From Mycolicibacterium smegmatis (lineage in GTDB: Bacteria; Actinomycetota; Actinomycetes; Mycobacteriales; Mycobacteriaceae): a stretch of DNA of 32,000 nt. A program made the position numbers and the translations under genes. The notes beneath the pieces were generated by a model. It saw nothing but the letters and a program-made list of their open reading frames with translations. It was not told the origin of the DNA and made no database searches. Location: assembly GCF_001457595.1 (NCBI RefSeq), contig NZ_LN831039.1, positions 3,210,001 through 3,242,000 on the forward strand, in the 5' to 3' direction. Shown one piece after another: positions 26,815 through 32,000 of this stretch (position 1 is its first letter; each line of letters opens with the position of its first letter).

Positions 26815-27722
26815 ACGTATTGCACCTTGTCGATTCCTTGCAGGGCTTCGCGGTAGATCTCGTCGGCGTCGAGGCGGCGGAGGTCCTCGGCGAGGCACTC
26901 CTTGGCCTCGCGTCGGGCCAGCGGTACCAGCGCGGCCGGCTTGCCGGTCCGGCTCAGCGTCGCGGTGATCCCGTCCTGCGGCCGCGACAGCATCACGGTC
27001 TCGCTGGGCCGGTTCAGTTCGACCTTGAGCTCACCGACCGCGCGCGTCACCGGCCCGTCGATCCGGCTGGCCAGCCAGCCGGCCAGGATGTCCAGTGCCG
27101 GTTCGTCCTTGAGCCCGGACACCACGGCCGAGGAGACCGGCTCGAAGGGCTCCTGGTCGACGGCGGCCGCCAGCAGCGCACGCCAGTAGGTGACGCGACT
27201 CCACGCCAGGTCGGTGTCCCCGGGGCTGTAGGCCTTGAGCCGGCTCTTGATGCACGCCAGCGGATCGGTGCCGTTGGTGGCGTCGGTGATGCGGCGAATG
27301 GCCAACTTACCCAACGGATCCTCCGAGGGGACCGCGGGCGCCACGGCCGGCCACCACGCCACCACAGGGGTGTCGGGCAGCAGGAACGGCAGTACCACAC
27401 TCGCCGAGTGGTCGGCGAGTTCACCGGACAGGCGCAGCACCACGACCTCACCGGCGCCGGCGTCGTGTCCCACGCGCAACTGCGCGTCGAGGCGCGGCGC
27501 GGCGGCGTCTCGGTCGCCGGGGACCACCACGATCACGCGGCAGGGATGCTCACGGCTCGCGAAGTTGGCCGCCTCGATCGAATCCTCGACCAGATCCTCG
27601 GTGTGCGGGGCGATCACCAGCGTCAGCACGCGGCTGAGCGTCAGGGCGCCGCCCTCTTCGCGCAGTCCGGTGATCTTCTTGTTGACGTCGTTGGTGCTGG
27701 TGTCGGGCAGGTCGACGATCAT
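26811..27722 (-). CDS. opcA: Glucose-6-phosphate dehydrogenase assembly protein OpcA
   Basis: The ORF is 303 aa. Its position between zwf and pgl is the conserved actinobacterial arrangement. OpcA-like blocks are present ([37 protein letters not shown]). Confidence 0.88.
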   Translation of the reverse strand: MIVDLPDTSTNDVNKKITGLREEGGALTLSRVLTLVIAPHTEDLVEDSIEAANFASREHPCRVIVVVPGDRDAAAPRLDAQLRVGHDAGAGEVVVLRLSGELADHSASVVLPFLLPDTPVVAWWPAVAPAVPSEDPLGKLAIRRITDATNGTDPLACIKSRLKAYSPGDTDLAWSRVTYWRALLAAAVDQEPFEPVSSAVVSGLKDEPALDILAGWLASRIDGPVTRAVGELKVELNRPSETVMLSRPQDGITATLSRTGKPAALVPLARREAKECLAEDLRRLDADEIYREALQGIDKVQYV

Positions 27723-27738
27723 CTGAGCCCTCGCTTCG

Positions 27739-29289
27739 TCACGGACGTCTCCATTCCCGGCCCGTGCGCCGCAGCATCGCGTCGGCGGACGGCGGCCCCC
27801 ACGTTCCGGACTCGTACGGTTCGGGCTTGCCGTGCTGTGCCCAGTATTCGAGCACCGGATCCAGGATCTCCCAGGACAATTCGACTTCTTCGTTCACCGG
27901 GAACAACGACGGTTCGCCGAGCAGCACGTCGAGGATCAGGCGCTCGTAGGCCTCGGGGGAATCCTCGGCGAACGCCGAACCGTACGAGAAGTCCATGTTG
28001 ACGTCACGGACCTCCATGGCACTGCCGGGGACCTTCGAGCCGAAGCGCAGCGTGATGCCCTCGTCGGGCTGCACGCGGATCACCAGCGCGTTCTGGCCGA
28101 GTTCCTCGGTCATGGTCGCGTCGAACGGCAGGTGCGGAGCCCGCTTGAACACCAGCGCGATCTCGGTGACCCTGCGGCCCAGGCGTTTTCCGGTGCGCAG
28201 ATAGAACGGCACGCCCGCCCAGCGCCTGGTGTTGACCTCGAGGGTGATGGCCGCGTAGGTCTCGGTGGTCGAGTCCTTGGCGAAGCCCTCCTCGTCGAGC
28301 AGGCCGACGACCTTCTCGCCGCCCTGCCAGCCCGCAGAGTACTGGCCCCGCGCCGTGGTCTCATCGAGCGGCTCGGCGAGTTTCACCGCCGAGAGGATCT
28401 TGATCTTCTCGGTCTGCAACTCGTGCGGGCTGAAGCTGACTGGCTCCTCCAGTGCGGTGAGCGCCAGCAACTGCAGCAGGTGGTTCTGGATCACGTCGCG
28501 CGCGGCGCCGATGCCGTCGTAGTAGCCGGCCCGGCCCCCGAGGCCGATGTCCTCGGCCATGGTGATCTGCACGTGGTCGACGTAGTTGTTGTTCCAGATC
28601 GGCTCGTAGAGCGCGTTGGCGAAGCGCAGCGCCAGGATGTTCTGGACGGTCTCCTTGCCCAGGTAGTGGTCGATGCGGAACACCGACTCCTCCGGGAACA
28701 CGCTGTTGACCACCGAGTTGAGCTCGCGTGCGCTGCCGAGGTCGTGGCCGAACGGCTTCTCGATGACCACACGGCTCCACCGGCCGTCGCGCGGCTTGGC
28801 CAGGCCCGATTTGCGCAACTGCTCGCACACCACCGGGAAGGCGTTCGGCGGAATCGACAGGTAGAACGCGTGATTGCCGCCCGTGCCGCGCTCGATGTCG
28901 AGCTTGTCGAGGGTCTCGGCCAGACGCGTGAACGCGGTGTCGTCGTCGAACGTGCCCTGAACGAACCGGATGCCCTCGGCCAGGCGGTCCCAGACCTCCT
29001 GGCGGAACGGAGTTCTGGCGTGCTGGCGCACGGCGTCGTAGACGACCTGACCGAAGTCCTCGTCCTCCCAGTCACGCCGGGCGAAGCCGACGAGCGCGAA
29101 GGATGCCGGCAGCAGACCCCGGTTGGCGAGGTCGTAGATGGCCGGCATCAGCTTCTTGCGCGCGAGGTCGCCTGTGACACCGAAGATCACCACCCCGCAT
29201 GGCCCCGCGATGCGCGGCATGCGTTTGTCGCGTTTGTCGCGAAGGGGGTTGTGCCAGGTGGTGTCCGGCCGGTCGTTGACCGCTGTCAT
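27739..29289 (-). CDS. zwf: Glucose-6-phosphate 1-dehydrogenase
   Basis: The ORF is 516 aa from ATG 29289, which overlaps the tal stop (ATGA). It has the NADP fold [14 protein letters not shown], the active-site block RIDHYLGKE, and [11 protein letters not shown] at the C-terminus. The tracked 797-aa ORF runs on out of frame through tal. Confidence 0.95.
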   Translation of the reverse strand: MTAVNDRPDTTWHNPLRDKRDKRMPRIAGPCGVVIFGVTGDLARKKLMPAIYDLANRGLLPASFALVGFARRDWEDEDFGQVVYDAVRQHARTPFRQEVWDRLAEGIRFVQGTFDDDTAFTRLAETLDKLDIERGTGGNHAFYLSIPPNAFPVVCEQLRKSGLAKPRDGRWSRVVIEKPFGHDLGSARELNSVVNSVFPEESVFRIDHYLGKETVQNILALRFANALYEPIWNNNYVDHVQITMAEDIGLGGRAGYYDGIGAARDVIQNHLLQLLALTALEEPVSFSPHELQTEKIKILSAVKLAEPLDETTARGQYSAGWQGGEKVVGLLDEEGFAKDSTTETYAAITLEVNTRRWAGVPFYLRTGKRLGRRVTEIALVFKRAPHLPFDATMTEELGQNALVIRVQPDEGITLRFGSKVPGSAMEVRDVNMDFSYGSAFAEDSPEAYERLILDVLLGEPSLFPVNEEVELSWEILDPVLEYWAQHGKPEPYESGTWGPPSADAMLRRTGREWRRP

Positions 29290-30401
29290 TTCTTCGCGGC
29301 GTCGAGTTGGCCCTGGGTCGCGTCGAGCAGTTCCTGCCACGACTTCTCGAACTTCTCCACGCCCTCGTCTTCGAGGACACGGAACACGTCGGGCAGGTCG
29401 ATGCCGATCGCGGCGAGCTTGTCGAAGGTCTCCTGCGACGACGCGGCCGTACCGGCGATCGTGTTGCCGGTGATCTCGCCGTGGTCGGCCACGGCTTCGA
29501 GGGTCTTCTCCGGCATGGTGTTGACCGTGTTGGGAGCCACGAGTTCGGTGACGTACAGCGTGTCGGAGTACTCGGGGTTCTTCACGCCGGTCGAGGCCCA
29601 CAGCGGACGCTGCACGCGGGCGCCGTCGGCCTTCAGCTTTGCGAACCGGTCGCTGCCGAACACCTCTTCGTAGGCCGCGTAGGCCAGGCGGGCGTTGGCG
29701 ACGCCGGCCTTGCCGCGCAGCGCCAGTGCCTCGTCGCTGCCGATCTTCTCCAGTCGCGCGTCGATCTCGGTGTCCACGCGGGAGACGAAGAACGAAGCGA
29801 CGGAATGGATCTTGGACAGATCGTGGCCGGCTTCCTTGGCCTTCTCCAGGCCTTCGAGGTAGGCGTCCATCACCAGGCGGTGCCGCTCGACCGAGAAGAT
29901 CAGCGTCACGTTGACCGAGATGCCCTCGGCGATCACGGCGCTGATGGCGGGCAGGCCCGCCATGGTCGCGGGGATCTTGATCAGCAGGTTGGGCCGGTCG
30001 ACGATCTTCCACAGTTCGATCGCCTGCAGGATCGTCTTGTCGGTGTCGTGCGCCAGGCGCGGATCCACCTCGATGGACACCCGGCCGTCCACACCGTCGG
30101 AGGCCTCGTACTCCTTGGCCAGCAGATCGCACGCGTTGCGCACGTCGTCGGTGGTGACCGTGCGGATGGTGGCGTCGACGTCGGCGCCACGCGCGGCCAA
30201 CTCGTTGACCTGGGCGTCGTACGCGGTGCCCTTGGACAGTGCGGCCTGGAAGATCGACGGGTTGGTGGTGACACCGACAACGCTGCGGGTGTTGATCAGT
30301 TCGGTGAGGTTGCCGGTCTGCAACCGGTCACGCGAGAGGTCGTCGAGCCACACGGATACGCCCGCGGCACTCAGCGCCGCGAGATTCGGGTTCTGAGCCA
30401 T
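29286..30401 (-). CDS. tal: Transaldolase (long actinobacterial type)
   Basis: The ORF is 371 aa. Blocks present are [26 protein letters not shown] (the Schiff-base Lys region) and [10 protein letters not shown]. Confidence 0.95.
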   Translation of the reverse strand: MAQNPNLAALSAAGVSVWLDDLSRDRLQTGNLTELINTRSVVGVTTNPSIFQAALSKGTAYDAQVNELAARGADVDATIRTVTTDDVRNACDLLAKEYEASDGVDGRVSIEVDPRLAHDTDKTILQAIELWKIVDRPNLLIKIPATMAGLPAISAVIAEGISVNVTLIFSVERHRLVMDAYLEGLEKAKEAGHDLSKIHSVASFFVSRVDTEIDARLEKIGSDEALALRGKAGVANARLAYAAYEEVFGSDRFAKLKADGARVQRPLWASTGVKNPEYSDTLYVTELVAPNTVNTMPEKTLEAVADHGEITGNTIAGTAASSQETFDKLAAIGIDLPDVFRVLEDEGVEKFEKSWQELLDATQGQLDAAKK

Positions 30402-30435
30402 GATTTGCCTCTTCTGCTAGTTGTTCGGTGCCCGA

Positions 30436-32000
30436 TCAGTTCTCGAGCGATCGCTCCGCCGCAGCGGCCACCGCTTCCGGGGTGAAACCGAACTCGCGGA
30501 ACAACGTCTTGTCGTCGGCCGACTCGCCGTAGTGCTCGATCGAGACGATCTCGCCGGTGTCGCCGACCAGCTTGTACCAACTCTGCGCCACGGCGGCCTC
30601 GACCGCCACACGCGCCGACACCGCGGGCGGGAGCACCGAGTCGCGGTATTCCTCGGGCTGCGACTCGAACCACTCGACGCACGGCATCGACACCACGCTG
30701 GCGGTGATTCCCTTGTCCGCCAGGATCTTCTGCGCTCCCACCGCGAGCTGCAGCTCCGAACCGGTGCCGATGATCACGACATCCGGGTTCTTCTCGGGCG
30801 TGCCGCCCAGCACGTATCCGCCGCGGGCCACACCCTCGGGGTCGGTGCCTTCGAGCACCGGGATCGGCTGGCGCGTCAGGATCATGCCGACCGGGCCGCT
30901 GCTGGAGCCGCGCTCCAGCACGCTCTTCCACGCGTAGGCGGTCTCGTTGGGGTCACCCGGGCGCACCACCGACAGGTTCGGGATCGCGCGCAGTGCCGCG
31001 AGATGCTCGATCGGCTGGTGGGTCGGGCCGTCCTCACCGAGACCGATCGAATCGTGCGTCCACACGTAGATCGGGTCGATGTCCATCAATGAGGCCAAAC
31101 GCACCGCGGGCCGCATGTAATCCGAGAACTGCAGGAAGGTTCCGCCGTAGGCGCGCGTCGGGCCGTGCAGCACGATGCCGGACAGGATCGCGCCCATCGC
31201 GTGCTCACGCACACCGAAGTGCAGCGTGCGCCCGTACCAGGTGGCGTTCCAGTCCTCGGTGGAGATCGACGGGGGACCGAACGAGTTGGCGCCCTTGATC
31301 GTGGTGTTGTTGCTGCCCGCGAGGTCGGCCGAACCGCCCCACAGCTCGGGCAGCTTCGGCCCGACCGCGGAGAGCACGGCACCCGAGGCCGCGCGGGTCG
31401 CGACGGGCTTGGCGTCGAGGTCCCAGTGCGGCAGATCGGCGTCCCAGCCCTCGGGCAGCTTGCCTGCCAGCAGGCGGTCGAGCAGCTCCTTGCGCTCGGG
31501 CTCACGCTGGGCCCACTCGTCGAAGGACACCTGCCACTCGTCGTGGGCCTTCTTGCCGCGGGCGACGAGCTCGCGGGTGTGCGCGATCACCTCGTCGCGC
31601 ACCTCGAAGTTCTTCTCCGGATCGAAGCCGAGGATCTTCTTGGTGGCGGCGACCTCGTCGGCGCCGAGTGCCGAGCCGTGCACGCCGCCGGTGTTCATCT
31701 TGTTGGGCGCGGGGTAGCCGATGATGGTCCGCAGCGCGATGAACGACGGCTTGTCGGTGACCTTGCGGGCCTCTTCGAGCGCCTGCTCGATGCCGACGAC
31801 GTTCTCGCCGCCCTGCACTTCCTGCACGTGCCAGCCGTAGGCTCGGTAGCGCGCGACCACGTCCTCGCTGAAGGCGATGTCGGTGTTGTGCTCGATGGAG
31901 ATCTTGTTGTCGTCCCAGATGACGATCAGGTTGCCCAGCTGCTGCGTTCCGGCCAGCGACGACGCCTCGCTGGTGACGCCCTCCTCCATGTCGCCGTCGG
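30436..32000 (-). CDS. tkt: Transketolase, C-terminal ~520 aa (5' end outside the window)
   Basis: The frame is open to the window edge. TKT blocks are present: [51 protein letters not shown] and the C-terminal domain. The stop is at 30436-30438, 34 nt before the tal ATG. Confidence 0.95.
   Translation of the reverse strand, partial: DGDMEEGVTSEASSLAGTQQLGNLIVIWDDNKISIEHNTDIAFSEDVVARYRAYGWHVQEVQGGENVVGIEQALEEARKVTDKPSFIALRTIIGYPAPNKMNTGGVHGSALGADEVAATKKILGFDPEKNFEVRDEVIAHTRELVARGKKAHDEWQVSFDEWAQREPERKELLDRLLAGKLPEGWDADLPHWDLDAKPVATRAASGAVLSAVGPKLPELWGGSADLAGSNNTTIKGANSFGPPSISTEDWNATWYGRTLHFGVREHAMGAILSGIVLHGPTRAYGGTFLQFSDYMRPAVRLASLMDIDPIYVWTHDSIGLGEDGPTHQPIEHLAALRAIPNLSVVRPGDPNETAYAWKSVLERGSSSGPVGMILTRQPIPVLEGTDPEGVARGGYVLGGTPEKNPDVVIIGTGSELQLAVGAQKILADKGITASVVSMPCVEWFESQPEEYRDSVLPPAVSARVAVEAAVAQSWYKLVGDTGEIVSIEHYGESADDKTLFREFGFTPEAVAAAAERSLEN

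Noticed and set aside
27832-29673. A 613-aa plus-strand ORF antisense to zwf and the 3' end of tal. Similar long antisense ORFs occur at 11667-13256, 10015-11076, 7246-8094 and 15168-16478.
   Set aside because: All of them mirror well-supported genes, lack motifs and show the skewed Arg/Gly/His/Asp composition expected from reading GC3-rich genes in reverse. None has a plausible Shine-Dalgarno or start context.
29290-30132. An upstream extension of the zwf ORF (797 aa tracked) running through tal.
   Set aside because: The extension is Arg/Gly-rich nonsense overlapping the transaldolase frame. G6PDH homology begins at MTAVNDRP (ATG 29289), which forms an ATGA overlap with the tal stop.

Overview
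This is a high-GC actinobacterial chromosome segment. The gene order is typical of Mycobacterium/Mycolicibacterium and looks M. smegmatis-like; that assignment is an inference from synteny and protein motifs, not a search result. The layout runs: ribH 3' end; a PH-domain membrane protein; ggt-GNAT on the minus strand; uvrC-rapZ-cuvA(yvcK)-whiA; a short SOUL-family protein; an SRPBCC/YfcH fusion; gap-pgk-tpiA-secG; an accessory block; ppc; a small conserved protein of unknown function; then pgl-opcA-zwf-tal-tkt on the minus strand, with tkt running off the window. The accessory block holds a stand-alone O-methyltransferase and a tightly coupled 7-gene minus-strand operon (sugar-binding lipoprotein, GatD-like Zn dehydrogenase, FGGY kinase, SorC regulator, tandem ABC ATPase, permease, deoC). 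Coding density is very high, and many gene junctions are 1-10 nt overlaps. I found no rRNA or tRNA genes, CRISPR array, transposase or integrase, toxin-antitoxin pair or recognisable defence system. Most of the window is core central-carbon and DNA-repair housekeeping. The best candidate for an undescribed system is the 7-gene uptake/catabolic operon at 14739-22638. Its enzyme combination does not match textbook ribose, pentitol or deoxyribose operons, and its substrate cannot be assigned from sequence alone. Smaller observations include an apparently internally deleted SOUL protein, likely leaderless uvrC and secG, structured DNA in the divergent control region between the operon and ppc, and convergent genes with almost no spacer. 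The many long ORFs antisense to real genes are high-GC artefacts.
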